This document shows positions 12,800-26,571 of a stretch of 62,660 bases of DNA, piece after piece. Made by a program: the position numbers and the translations under genes. The stretch is from Octopus bimaculoides (lineage: Eukaryota): positions 77,998,077-78,060,736 of the forward strand of contig NC_068982.1 in assembly GCF_001194135.2 (NCBI RefSeq), written 5' to 3'. The notes beneath the pieces are model-generated. The model did no database searches and was not told the DNA's origin. It saw only the letters and a program-made list of their open reading frames with translations. Position 1 is the first letter of the stretch. The number at the start of each line of letters is the position of its first letter.

Positions 12800-13195
12800 C
12801 ACTCACTCATATGTGATATGCCCACACGTGCATACTCTCGTGAGCCAATCCCAGCTATGTATAGAAATGTTGACAACAGAACCGCCAACAAGCAAAAAGA
12901 AAGAGAGAATAAACTGTATGTGAGAGATGGAGAGAAACAGAAAGAGTGAGAGTGAGAGAGAGAGGAAGTGACAAAGGGAGCAGGCGGATGTGATTGTAGT
13001 TAGAAGGAAAGGGGAAACAGTAAACACTTAGAAGAACAGAGTCGTAAGTATAGAAAGAGAGGAAGTAGAACGAAGGAGAGGAGGCCTCTTGTGGTAGTGT
13101 TGGTGGTGATGGTGGGAATAATGAGGTCACAGGGTGGAGGGTGAGGAAGAAAAAGAAGCCGTCCTTGAACCATAATTTGTACTTTATTTCTCCAG

Positions 13196-13235
13196 TTGGC
13201 TGCCGAGAGCTGAGGCAGGGATAGAGAGAGAGAGG

Positions 13236-13309
<74 letters not shown>

Positions 13310-13558
13310 CCGGCTTAGAGTTTCGCAAACAACAGCTGGTAGTTGGTGGTAGTAAAAAGCTGATGGTGTCGACGGAGAGTCCCCGGAATGTTACTAGTGG
13401 TGGCGGCGGCGTCGGCTTTGGTGGTGATAAAACCGGCGATCATTATATAACAGACCAAACCAGCGAGAGGATTTCCAGCCTTGAAAATCCTGTCCTCATC
13501 TCTGGCATTGTATATCTAAGACTGCATTATTCAATATATTGTCTCACTTTTCTAGACG
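13196..13558 (+). other. Candidate exon / 5' UTR-like CpG-richer unique segment
   Basis: Strong acceptor tttgtactttatttctccAG (13195), (GA)n, ATG at 13363 with an open frame MVSTESPRN...LTFLD, and donor ACG/GTAAAT at 13559. No recognisable homology. Confidence 0.2.
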
Positions 13559-13652
13559 GTAAATCATTATTTGAGAGTTATTTAGTTGCTATACCTAGCG
13601 CCTTGAGAGAAGCTAGCTCACAATTTGATGTTCGTGATACCAACCGTGGTGA

Positions 13653-13696
<44 letters not shown>

Positions 13697-13844
13697 TCTG
13701 CATAATAGTCGCGATAGGGTTTTCATACTGGGCTTCGTAGTAAACAGGGTTGTGACTATGGCCGCCATGTCTGCGTAATTGTTTACACATGTCAGCTATA
13801 CTTGCGGTGATGATGATGATGATGATGATACTGGTGTTAACAGT

Positions 13845-13915
<71 letters not shown>

Positions 13916-15730
13916 TGGGGGTAAAATAGTTTTACTATCAAATAACATCTTTGATAACAACGAACTATGATTTGATTGCTGGTGAAAAAAGTGTTGACAT
14001 AACTGATCCAAATTTTATAATTCTTATGTTTCATGGGGGTTGTTTGTTCTTGTTCTCATAGTCATCACTTACTTCTTGGACTATCATTATCAGCATCTGC
14101 AGTAGCTGCAGCAGCAACAACAACAGCAGCAGTAGAGTGTGAGAATGAAATATCAGACAATGTCTAGTTTAGTCCTACTACTTTTTGACTTTGTCTAACG
14201 TCCTTCTGGAATCTATAAGATAGATACCAGTCATATCCTGTGATATGAGTTAAGGGCAGAGTTCGGATGAACATGCTTCAATCCACCACACCTCTGTAGA
14301 CGTGTATCAACAACGAAAGAGATTACTCTTGTCTTGTTATATATTTTTATTTTTGTCGGTGTTCTTGTTGTTATTGCGATGGTGATGGTGATGACGACGA
14401 CGACGACGATGATCTGCCTTGGCTGTAAAATTAGAAAAACATCAACACGTGACGTTCGTATTGTTATTATTTAGCGTATAGTCTTCTATTTACTTTAATT
14501 ATTATTGTTATTGTTAAGGCTGAGAACTGGCAGAATCATTAGCGCGTCGGACAAAATGTTTTGCGGTATTTGTTCCGACGCTTAACCTCTGTCATCATGC
14601 TTCTGTAGAAATACTCTGTTTGCTTCAATTGATTTTGAAAATAATGAAGAATTTAGTAAAGCAACTTTGTTATCATTAAGTTGGTGTTAGGTATGTAAAT
14701 TAAATGAAATTTTAATAGGTTTTAATTTAGATCACTTTAATCCGTTTGTTACTATATTTCCATTAAAATTTACGACTTTTGTTTAAGTTATTTCTGAGAA
14801 TAATGAAGAATTTAGTAAAGTAATTAAGTCATTATTGAACTGGTATTTGGAAATAAATTAGCATGGAATTTTAATGCAAGTTTTTAACCTAGATTACTTT
14901 AAAACAGGAAGTTTGTTTCATAAAACCAAAGGCGGTTTCAAGCGAGTTGATACCAAAAACATTCTGTACACAACCATTCCGTCTTTTTTGTATGTGTCAG
15001 ATTATCTACATTTTCCTAAGTGTTCTTTTTGAAGAAAGTAGGGTGTGATTTGAAAAAGATTTGGCTGTTATTTCCCGCAATACAATCGACCACGTAGTAG
15101 CGTCTTCATTCTGTTTTTCTTTTTCCGATAGTTCTGAGGTCATTCTCGATATGAGATTGACTGAATTTTGAGTCGTGTCCTGAACAAGGATATGGACTTT
15201 GATTCAATTACCGGAGACACAATGCTGAAGAGAAATGGCTCAACCTTGAAACCATTTAGTCTTAAAAAAAAAGACAAAAAAAAGACATTCAGTCAGTCAC
15301 ACTTCATTCTACAACTTTGCAGCTAGATACTAACAACGAAAAATATTTTTCTGACTCCCGACCCCGGATGGTCACAAATAGAAGGGAAATCGCCCAAATG
15401 GGACGAACTCACAATTCGGCCCCAAATTCCAATTTCCAGTTTGCATCTTTATTTTCGAAGCGTTGTGAGAAACTTTGTGTGCTGGAATATATTCTTAGAC
15501 CACCTGCTTTTAACCTTATAAATACCAACCCTACCCCGCCTAAATATTGGACAATTTATAAAACAAAATCGAGTTTGCCTCTATTATCTTCTTTCTCCGC
15601 GTTGGTGTTGGACAAATTTTAAAATATCTAAATTATCCAAATTTTATTAAACATGACAATCCTCACAACCCCTTCAGAAACATTGCCGTTTACATTTGTT
15701 TTTTCTTAGTCAACGAAGGAAGTCGTTATT

Positions 15731-15890
15731 CAGGGCCGTCTTAGTAGTATTATTGGTTCCCGAACTAATCAATGCACTGGGCCTTATAATATGTATTTAT
15801 TGACAACAAGCTATTGAATTTATTGATCAGAATTGGGTTCCTAGATCCGTGAGGCTCCCGGGCAACTGCCAAATGTGCCATTGCTTTTAA
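15731..15890 (+). mobile_element. Degenerate hAT-type MITE-like fragment
   Basis: Starts CAGGGCCGTCTTA and has a GGGCC/cccgggcaactgccaaatgtgcc subterminal pattern. The right TIR is degraded. Confidence 0.4.
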
Positions 15891-17495
15891 CCATCTCATC
15901 TGCAAAAGGTGAAATATACTAACTTTTCATTATATCAACTACATAGTTATTAATTACATCAACTATACAATTATTAATTAATCAACTACAGAATTAATTA
16001 CATCGATTATAATAATGTTAAGTATATTGATTACAAAATTATTAATTATGCTGACTACGTAACTGTTAATTATACTGACTAACATAATTATTAAGCAGCG
16101 GCTGCCAGATGTTGGATAACACTGACTAATTAAAGTTATATCTCGGTGGATAGCTATATCTGTTAACAAAAGGTTTCTTATAACTCATTGGGCTCTCAAT
16201 AAACTCTTCTTCAGAAAGAATATCTAAAGGAAGGTAAGTCAGTTTGGCTATGCCCCTTTCTCTTCGCACTCTCTTTCTCTCTCCTTCCTGTATTTCTGTC
16301 TGTCTGTCTCTGTCTGTCTGTCTCTGTCTGTCTGTCTCTGTCTATCTGTCTGTCTCTGTCTGTCTGTCTCTGTCTGTCTCCGTCTCTCTCTTTCTTTCTC
16401 TCCCTCTCTCCTCTCCTCGCTCTCTCACTCTCCACGCTCTGTAGGCTATCGAAACACTCATCGTGTTGTGGTATACTTACAACACTGAACTAATTGAAAC
16501 TAACCTAATGGACGCCATTTCAAATGTACATCTACTGAATCATTATAGTTTTAATTACTGCAGGAGCGATATCAGGAAATGGATTATTGTCACTTCTTTG
16601 GAAAACCCCACACTCTGTAGGCTTGGTCGGTTATAGCTTTTATCAATTCTTAGACTTAAACTTCCAAACGCCATCCTTGTGCAAACGTATGAGACAGTCG
16701 AAATTGGCCCAAGGTCTGTTTTACTAAACGCAGATCTGTTGGTTTTCTGGCAACATTTTTATGCATCTTCCATCACATTATTTTGTAATTTCCAGAAAAA
16801 TTTAACGTAAGGGGCAGGCACTAAGATGCAGATATTCAAGAAGCGAAACATACTGCATGTGATGATATATGTTATTGGTAATAAACTATAGCGCAAAATT
16901 AACTTCTATTGGGTGAAAATGATCTGTTAATATGGAGGTACTATTTTTGGCGGTGGTGGTGGAAATTGCAAAAAGTAAGAAGAGGAGCGTTTGTAAAATG
17001 TCATTCAGTATAGGTTGTACTGAGCTAGAACATGTTGAGAACAACTGATTTATATGAATACATGAGTCAACTTCGATTTTCTGTTGGAACCACTTCTCAC
17101 ATTAATTCGCCAATCCATTCCCTTCCTTTATAATTCTATCTAATTTTAGCTTAAGGCCAAAAATTTTGACACGTGGTGAGAATTACATCGCCCCCAGTCG
17201 ACTGGTACTTTATTTTTATCTATTCTGAGAGAGCAAAAGGCAAGGGTGACTTCAGCAGTATTCGAACTTAGAATGTAAAGTGTCGGAACAAATACCGCAA
17301 AATTATTTCGTCCGACGCGCTAACGATACTCCCAGCTTTAAAAATAGCACTAATAATTAAAATAAAATAGTACGTGTCCTAACATCTTTTTCAACACACG
17401 ATTTCCCATTGCCAAGCAAATACAAAACAAAACAAAATAACCGTATATACATATTCTTACGTGTATACATACATACATACATACATACATACATA

Positions 17496-17555
<60 letters not shown>

Positions 17556-17656
17556 NNNNNNNNNNNNNNNNNNNNNNNNNNNNNNNNNNNNNNNNNNNNN
17601 NNNNNNNNNNNNNNNNNNNNNNNNNNNNNNNNNNNNNNNNNNNNNNNNNNNNNNNN

Positions 17657-17694
<38 letters not shown>

Positions 17695-17740
17695 TTACTA
17701 TTAAAAAGGTCGGGGTGTGTGCGTTCCATTACTTAATAAA

Positions 17741-18440
17741 TGAAAGAATGCATTGTAGATAAACAACGACAGATAAAAACGTAGACGAATATTGAGGGTA
17801 CAACCGGACAAGAGACAGACACAGAGGGTCCCTAATTCTTCATCAGTTATCAACCAAAATGGTAATACTCAGTTTCACACCATTAATGATAAAACCGAGG
17901 ACTTCACACATTGATGGTGCTTGCGAAAGTCGCAGAGAATGTCGGGCCTCAAGCAAACAAAACAATACAGGGTGGACATACGAAAGAAAAAGAACAAAAT
18001 GTAATTTAAGACGATGGACGAAGACGAAATAAATAGGAGACAAGCAAACTACGGCCTTGTCTTCCTATTTCCGTATCCTTTAGGATTTCTTCTAAGCGTT
18101 ACTTACCATTTTTGTCTTTTTGTCTTTAAGGCTGTATTTTGCTTGTCTCCTATTTATTTCGTCTTTGTTCATCGTCTTAAATCACATTTCTTTTACTTTC
18201 GTGTGTCCACTCTGTGTTGTTTTGTTTACTTGATACCTGACATTTTCTGCGACTTTCACAGGCACCACCAATGTGGGAAGTCATCAGTCTTATTAATGGT
18301 GCGAAATTGAGTATTACCATTTTGGGTGGTAACTGATGAAAAGTTAAGGACCCTCTGTGTCTGTCACCTGTCCGGTTGTACCCTCAATATACGTATACGT
18401 TTTTTTTTCTGTCGTTGTTTATTTACAATGCATTTTTTCA
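17741..18440. repeat. Diverged long inverted repeat (arms 17741-18058 and 18128-18440, 69-bp spacer)
   Basis: aatgcattgtagataaacaacgacag...ggagacaagcaaactacggcctt is matched by aaggctgtattttgcttgtctcc...ctgtcgttgtttatttacaatgcatt. The ORF-track peptides from the two arms both read SPIYFVFVHRLK. Confidence 0.9.
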
Positions 18441-18622
18441 GTTAAATATAGACACACACACACACAAAAGTTGGTTTCTGTGAGAAGTTACTCCAGATGT
18501 GAGATGATCAGCCATGTTATTGATATAAAGTAACTAATCACCTCATTTCCTGATAGCCTCGAGTGAAACACTGAATTGCTGTGCAGTGAATACACAAATA
18601 AGTGTGTGTGTGTGCGTGCGTG

Positions 18623-18683
<61 letters not shown>

Positions 18684-19405
18684 TAGAGAGCGTGTGTGTG
18701 TGTGTGCGCGTGTGTGTATGAGAGTTTGTGTGTGTTTATAATAAAGTTTGTGTGCGTGTGTGTTTTATTTTGAGAAAGCTAAATCTTCAAACTGTTTTTC
18801 AGTTCCTTGTTTATAGCCATCACATTTCTCGTTCTTAAAATTGGATGTGATTTTGCAAAACCAATATTTCATGCAGATAGAATATCAGAATGCCAACGGC
18901 GGTGAGGTAACGAAGGCAATTGGAATGACAAGGGCTAGTAGTGGAATAGCCAGCGTAGTGGAGTGGTAGAGACAGAAAATAATATTTAGAAAGTAATATT
19001 TAGTTTCGGTCTTCTGTGTTTTGACTTTAAAATCACACCGAGCTCGTCCTTCGTTTTATTCCCCCGAGGATCAATAAAGAACTTAAGCGGCAGAAACATA
19101 ATGAGAATGGGAAAAAGTTTACCTCTTCCCCTCATAAAAATTCATGGCCTGTGACTCTTCAAGAGTGATTACGCTGACTTATGTGTTTACAACCCTTAAT
19201 ACTCCAGGGGAAAGTTATGTGTCAATTGTCCATTGCAGTTCGTGATTATAACCATTTTCTGATGTTTCTATGATTTTGGAAAATGGATACCTGTTATACA
19301 ATCCTTTTCTTCCTGTTTGGGTAAGAAATATACATTGTTCATTGCCAAAACATACAGATATGTGTGTGTGTGTGTGCATGTATGTATGTACCTATCTATT
19401 TATCT

Positions 19406-19488
<83 letters not shown>

Positions 19489-19779
19489 CAGAAGAGCACT
19501 TATAAGAAAAATATAAACGATTAATCGAAAAGTCAACCGGTTAAAATATTGATTTCAGGAATTTCTGGGGAGAGGACTAGTCGATTACATTGACCTCAGT
19601 GCTCAACTGGAATTATTTTATCTACACTGAAAGGGTGGAAGGCAAAGTCGATCTCAGCAGAATTTGAACTCAGAACGTAACCGACTAAAATATTGCCAGC
19701 TGAAACACTCGCACCCGACAGATATAATTTTATTGGAATCAAAGAAACGTTATTTTCAAATCTGCATGAAGACTATCAT

Positions 19780-21190
19780 CAATAGTGAAAGAACAGCAGA
19801 AGAGAAGTGGTCCATTGGCAAAATAAATGTCACTCCCAAAGTCTTCTCATTTGCCGAAAAGCATAAGGTCGCTGTCTCATTTGTTGGACATCTGATTGAT
19901 AACGATGGCACGTTGCATAGCGGTACTGAAGATATGGTCGAGATTCTGCAGAAGCAATACTGCTGCACTCTCAGCACTTCCAATATGAGTAATCCTCACA
20001 GTATTGGTGAAACAAACCTCCATTCCTATCCGATATATAATTTGGTGCTCAGAATATCACATCAGTTAAAAACAAAATTACAACCAACTGAGCTGCAGGT
20101 CCCGACAGGTTCCCCGCTTGAATCCTGAAGGATTGCCGACATCAAATGGCATATCCTTTAGCTATTCTCTGGATGAAATCACTGGACGCTGGCTATTTTC
20201 CCGATAATTCCCTGTCTCAGCCGATTGTTCCAATTTTCAAAAAGGGCAACAAATCGCTGAAAGTGAATTACTGACCGATCTCACTTACCTCTCATATCAT
20301 CAAATTATTGAGAGAGTGGTCAGATTTCGTGTAACTCATTTCCTGGAAAGTAACAGCCTACTTATTTCCAACCGGCGTGTTTTCCGCAATGACATGCACT
20401 GCCTAACACAGATCCTGCATCACTTTGATGACATCCTAAAAGCTCTGGGAGAGGGCTCCAATGCAGATGTCATCTATCCTGACTTCAACAAAGCCTTCAA
20501 CGAGGTTGACCACAGTATCTTATTAAAGAAATTATCCAACACTGGAGTCCGAGGGGAACTATTAAAGTAGGTTGAATGTTTTCTAGTGAACAGAACCCAG
20601 CATATGGTGATCGATGATTTTCGATCAAGCTCAACAAGAGACTTCGGTGGAGTCCCACAATGCATTGTACGGGCCCACTCCTTTTCATTATTTACATCAA
20701 TGTCATCATTGACATCATCAAACACAACAGCATTAGAATTTCTGTAGATGACACAAAGCTTCTGAAGGCCGTCGACAGGGGAGCAGACCGGACTAATCTT
20801 CAATCGGATTTACTTTCTGTTATCCGAGGAGTGGAAAAACACAAAATGTAACTAAACGAGAATGAATCTAAATTGATCCACTTCGGTAAAGACGCTGCAC
20901 TTAAGCCACCAGACACACTTTCCTCGGGCGAAAACTTCTGGCATCAAAACACCGCTAGAGACCTCAGAGTAACTGTCGGGAACTTAAGCTAGAGTGCCCA
21001 CATAAATAGCACGGTCGACATGGTACACAGGGTGTGTTCCTGGACCCTTATGACTCTCCGGTTTAGAGATGCTTCCACAATTATCCTTCTCTTCTCCACC
21101 TTCATCTGCCCTTCCCTTGAATACCGTTGTCCTGTGTGGTCTTCCTACACGAACGAAATATAAAAATTGAAGAACCCTAGAGATCAAAAT
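19780..21190 (+). pseudogene. CR1/L2-type non-LTR retrotransposon reverse transcriptase, degenerate
   Basis: Motifs IVPIFKKGNK..NY*PISLTSHIIKLLERVV, DVIYPDFNKAFNEVDH, GVPQ...GPLLFIIYIN and VDDTKL, with many stops and frameshifts. Confidence 0.92.
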
Positions 21191-21691
21191 GTTTGAAAAA
21201 CATTTGTGCAATGTAGATGAGAAGTCAGACGAAAATGTGTAAGGTGATATCAATAAATGAAAACAAAAAAAAAAAGATATTGTATCACTTAACAGAAGTT
21301 GTTTAATGATCCTATAATATTTCGGGAAAGATTCCCTCTTTCAAATAGAAGAAAGAAAAATAGTCAAGAATTTAGGAGAAATATGTACTTACCGACAGAC
21401 ATTACCAGTGTCTCATATAACACAGCATACTAGAACGGCCCGAAGAAAAAAAGATACAAATCTATTACTAGCCGAGTTTTACAATCAAAATATAACTATA
21501 GCAATAATTTCTTGTTATAATTATTGTACAACTACCAAGATGTTACACAGCTTACTCTACATTTAAACTTGCGTTAGATTATTGCTGAAGTTGTTTACAA
21601 AAATTATTGAAACTTCTGGCGTGCAAGAGGTTTTTAAAAGGCGTGAACTAAAGTATGAAATGAACGTACAAAATTCTTATAAAACTCTTTA

Positions 21692-22310
21692 CGAGGATCG
21701 GCTGTAAAGTCCCAGTAAGATACTCTCATAGCTTGTGACCAAATGAGGTTTACTTTTCAATATAGTCCCCCTTGCATTCCATACATTTTTTTCATTGGTG
21801 CTGAAGTGCTTGGATCCCATTGGTGAAGAAGCTTTCATCCAATTGATCAAAAAAGTAATCAACAACAGATATGACGTCATCATCATTGCGATACTGGCTC
21901 CTAGTCAAGTGTCTTTTCCACGTTGGGGAACAGAACATAGATAGATGAGGCCAAATTAGGAGAGTAGTGAGGAGGATCAACCAGTACAAAACCACAGTCA
22001 CATACAGCAGCCATTGAAAGTAAGGACTTGTATGCTGGAGAATTGCCATGATGAATCAAGTCCTCTTTTGTCAATTTTCGTGGTCGTTTGGTCTTGATAG
22101 CCTTTCGTAATAACCTCAGCAAGTTGGTATAGTACCCTCCATTGATGGTATAGCCCTTTTGAAAATAGCCAATAAACGCAATACATTTTGCATCCCCAAA
22201 AATACTAAGGCCATCGCTTTTCCTGCAGATGAAACAAAATTGGCTTTCTTTGGAGCAGGTGAAGAGGGGCGTTTCCACTGCATGGACTGTCTCTGGATAC
22301 AACAACATCC
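21692..22310 (-). mobile_element. Mariner 3' half (catalytic domain fragment plus 3' TIR)
   Basis: FGDAKCIAFIGYFQKGYTINGGYY..LRKAIKTKRP..HHGNSPAYK..PPHYSPNLAS and SQYRNDDDVISVVDYFFDQLDESFFTNGIQALQH. TA-CGAGGATCGGCTGTAAAG terminus at 21690. Confidence 0.9.
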
Positions 22311-22962
22311 TGGGTTAGGAAACTTTCAAGGAAACCAGATGGACTTGTACGTGCTCATAAACACACATACATACATATATGCATACATGTATGCATATAT
22401 TCAAACATATAGTAATTTGCAGCTGCACTGTTGTAATTCAAGCAAAATGTTTCTTTTCAAAAAATTATCATTCAAATTTTGGGTGCAGTTTTCAGCTGTG
22501 AATAAAAGCTGCCATTTTGTTTTAGCTGACTTCGTTAGGAAATGAAACATTAAATATAACACAAATAAAATGAACTACAAAGTAAAAAAAGTAAGGCTTC
22601 CAGCAAAATCTGAGTGCATAAACGAAAATAAAAATATTAATGAGGCCAACAGCAGCAGAAACAACTAATAAAAACAGATTAAAAAATATCAGCAACAATA
22701 ATGATGACGATGACGTAATCAGCGGAACTAAAACTGAAAATATACTCGGTAACGAATAAAAGTCAAACTGAAAAATAAAATTAAATTGAATAAAAAAAAT
22801 AAACGTATATTTTAATTTATACAAATAAGTTTTTGGTAAAATATGTTGACATAAGCAAGTTGTTCATATTGAAAACAATAATATATCGGACACATAGGAG
22901 TGTAAGCATATACACAGATAAAACGAAGAACACACACACACACATTCAGTCACACACACACA

Positions 22963-22999
<37 letters not shown>

Positions 23000-23480
23000 A
23001 CAAACACACACACACACGCACACACACACACATGCACACACACACCACAATCATTTTATACAGGCACAGACATGGCTGCATGGTTAAGAAGTTCGCTTTG
23101 TAATCACGTGGATTTCGGGTTCAGTCCCACAGCTCCGCATCTTGGGTAAGTGTAAGGAGGAGTGTTTCCACTGCATGGATTGTCTCTGGATACAACATAT
23201 CCTGGGTTAGGAAACTTTCAACGAAACCAGATGGATCTGATCGTTAGGTGCAAATATGCATACACATATTCATATACATATATCTACATACATATATATT
23301 ACATACATACATACGTACATACATACATACGTACATCTATTCAGTAATTTGCAGTTGCCTTGTTGTAATTCAAGCAAAACATATCTTTTCAAATATTATC
23401 CTTCAAATTTTTGGAACAGTTTTTAACTGTGAGGAAAAGCAGCCATTTTTCGGGCCATTCAATGCCTTGTGAGGAAATTT
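22262..23480 (+). repeat. Diverged ~300-bp direct duplication (22262-22542 and 23156-23480)
   Basis: gtttccactgcatggactgtctctggatacaac...ggaaactttcaa...gtaatttgcag...gttgtaattcaagcaaaa...gccatttt is present twice and includes the mariner/host junction. Confidence 0.85.
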
Positions 23481-23505
23481 GGTTGACGGAAGCCCGTTGT
23501 GTATT

Positions 23506-24075
23506 AAACTTAGATATGTTTCGGCCAAAGATGGGCTCAGGCCATATCTAAATTAATAGCACCACCTAATAGGATCTGTTAAATAATTTTTAAGTCGGGT
23601 TTTGTGGTATCTTGACCCATTCAAATAAGGAGTTGTTGTTGACTGAGTTGCATCCAGGTGCAGGTGGCGTATCCGGTATTCCTTGTAGAAATTTCCCCAG
23701 GTATAGATTGAAGATGGTATCTTTTTCTTCCTTGATTTCTTTTGGGAAAATATTAAATAGAGTATGATCTGCGGAGGAAAAGGAATTGTGGTGCAGTGAA
23801 TTTATGTTTTGTGAGCCAGAATTATGGAGGGAGCGTATGGCACGTAGACCTAGCCCTGGATGAATTCTAAATTTGCTGTTATGGGCGTTTGGACAATGCT
23901 AGTGTACATGCTCCACATTGTACAAATGATGTAACGCTCATTTGGGAGTTGGAGAGAAGAGAGTTTCAGTCATGCCTTTGATATTTTAGTGATTGCTCTC
24001 TGGGTGACTCAGTTCCCATAATATTTTGTATGGTGTGGGGAGACCACAGAGGGCAGTAATATTAGACGAAAACAG
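23506..24075 (-). pseudogene. CR1/L2-type LINE 3' end (ORF2 C-terminus and 3' tail)
   Basis: The minus strand gives YCPLWSPHTIQNI...ERYIICTMW...LFNIFPKEIKEEKD...FLQGIPDTP...NNNSLFEW, then tail ggtggtgc...tggcctgagcccatctttggccgaaacatatctaag. Confidence 0.8.
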
Positions 24076-24166
24076 GTTCCAGCTACAACGGAGAAAAAGT
24101 AAGAAAGAAACACGAGTTAGGAAGAAAAAGATGGCAGATGGTCACACACACATATATATTATATAG

Positions 24167-24253
<87 letters not shown>

Positions 24254-24355
24254 CAGAAATAATGTGTTAATCATATTAAAACTAGTTTATTGATAGATGA
24301 GTCAATAAGTCGCTGAATAAACTATTACCGAAACCCGAAGCTCTAATCAACCCGA

Positions 24356-24388
<33 letters not shown>

Positions 24389-24718
24389 CAGACACTTGTT
24401 CATGCTCAACAGAAGATAGCTAGTCTGTCGTGAGATATCTAGTAAAACTGTTGCACAATCAACAAACAGAACGAAGCAACAGAGAGAGAAAGAAATGAAT
24501 GCAGTACAGTAATAAATTAATATAACAACTCAAGTGTATGAGTCACTTGGAACAAGTGTAATGAAACATTACAGGCTTTCATCGCGTCTTCTATCTTGAT
24601 CTTATGGCCGGAAACAATAGACTACCCTCACCCTCTCGACGCACGCGCGCACACACAAACGCGCGCACAAGCAGACACACCCACACCCACCCACCCACCA
24701 CCCACCCACTCACACACG

Positions 24719-24771
<53 letters not shown>

Positions 24772-24907
24772 TATGACATTGTAGAAATAGAAGTATAAAA
24801 TTCTTGGTGCAGTAGTGTACAGACAAAGATTTGTAAGCATCTAATAATTGAAGTAGAAAATAATTATCAGAAAAGTTATTTTTTTCTCCTTTTAAAGTAT
24901 ATATACA

Positions 24908-25020
<113 letters not shown>

Positions 25021-25050
25021 NNNNNNNNNNTCTATCTATCTATCTATCTA

Positions 25051-25148
<98 letters not shown>

Positions 25149-25246
25149 ATATATATTTCCAATGGCTGAGTATTAGCATCACGCTTTGAAACTTAAAGCA
25201 TCAAGTAATTTGAAGCAAACCGTTTTGATCCACACACAGACACACA

Positions 25247-25298
<52 letters not shown>

Positions 25299-25300
25299 TA

Positions 25301-26558
25301 CAGGAGTTGGACAAAATAATGGAAACACCTTAAAATTTCAAACAAATTTATTTTAATATGGGGTAGGACCGCCTTTGTCAGTAATTACAGCTTGAATTCT
25401 ACGAGCTATGGGCTCGTACAAAATTTGAATTTTTTCCAAAGGAATTTTTATCCATTCTTCAGCTCAAACAGTTTCCAGTTCTTGTAGTGATGATGGTGGA
25501 GGATATCGACTCCTTATTTGTTTTTTTTTTTTAATGCACCATAAATGTTCAATAATATTGAGATCTGTGGACTGCGGTGGCCAGATAAGCTGTTCAACTT
25601 CAATTGAATGTTCCTCGTACCATTCAGTAACAGTGTGAATTGGTGCATTATCATCCTGAAAGATTGCGTTTCCCTCCGGAAACAGTTTTGCAACCATAGG
25701 ATGAATTTGATCAGGTAAAATGCTTAAATAGTCTTCACTATTAATTTTGCCATGAAGGGAAACCATTGGGCCAGCAGATTTCCAAGCTATAGCCCTCCCC
25801 CTCCCCAAATCATCACAGATCTCCCTCCATGTTTAACAGTTGGAAGAAGGGTCAAATGTTTCTTTTGGCTGTCTTCGCACGTACACTCGGCTGGTGGTCG
25901 GATATAAGGTAAAGGATGACTCGTTCGAGAAAATAACATCCTTCCACTGCTCTGTAGGTTTTTACTCCACTCTAAATGCTTTGCAAGATTTGTTTTTGAA
26001 AGTAGTGGTTTTCTAATTGCAGCCCTCCCGTGAATTCCGACTTTGTGCAGCTCCTGGCGAACAGTTTTTTCTGGAAACTGGGTTCTTGAGGTGATCATTA
26101 AGCTCTGCAGTAATTTTGGGAGCTGTACTTTTATGATCCTTTCTAACAATTCGTATAAGAGTCCGACGGTCCCTATGTGAAAGTTTTGGTTTTCTTCCGG
26201 AGTTTTGTTTCGACGAGGAGTTTTTCCCTCTTTCTCAAAGGCTGTCATTACTTTCGAGACAGCATTTCTTGATACACCAAACATTTCGGCCGTTTTCGTT
26301 ACGCTAGCACCTGCCATATGAGCATCAACAATTTGACCTCTTTGAAAGTTCGATAGATCTGTCATTTTAATGAATTTTAATTATCTTTTTCTGGTGATAT
26401 CTGAAAAGAAACAGCAATTTTAGCAAAACATATTAAGTAACACTAATAATAAATAAAAAATAAAGCATAAAAATAAACAAGCTTTTGACGGTTTTATAAA
26501 TATTTCAAAATTATGATGCCGTGATGCTAAGTGTTTCCTTTATTTTGTCCAACCCCTG
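25301..26558 (-). mobile_element. Full-length Tc1 element (1258 bp) with both TIRs and TA target duplication
   Basis: Left TA-CAGGAGTTGGACAAAATAATGGAAACAC and right GTGTTTCCTTTATTTTGTCCAACCCCTG-TA form ~28-bp TIRs with 2 mismatches. Confidence 0.95.
25353..26365 (-). pseudogene. Tc1 transposase (DDE), frameshifted
   Basis: MTDLSNFQRGQIV..AGASVTKTAEMFGVSRNAVSKV (paired-like HTH), AAIRKPLLS, VKHGGRSVMIWG, FQDDNAPIH, WPPQSTDLNIIEHLW and IQAVITDKGGPTPY*. Split over several frames. Confidence 0.95.
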
Positions 26559-26571
26559 TATATATATATAT

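Noticed and set aside
15222-15260. CTGAAGA...GAAAC string
   Set aside because: Stem II is poorly formed and there is no stem I or III.
16165-16222. Minus-strand CTGAAGA...GAAACCTT motif resembling a PLE tail
   Set aside because: Stem II does not close onto GAAA and stem I does not pair. At most a heavily decayed relic.
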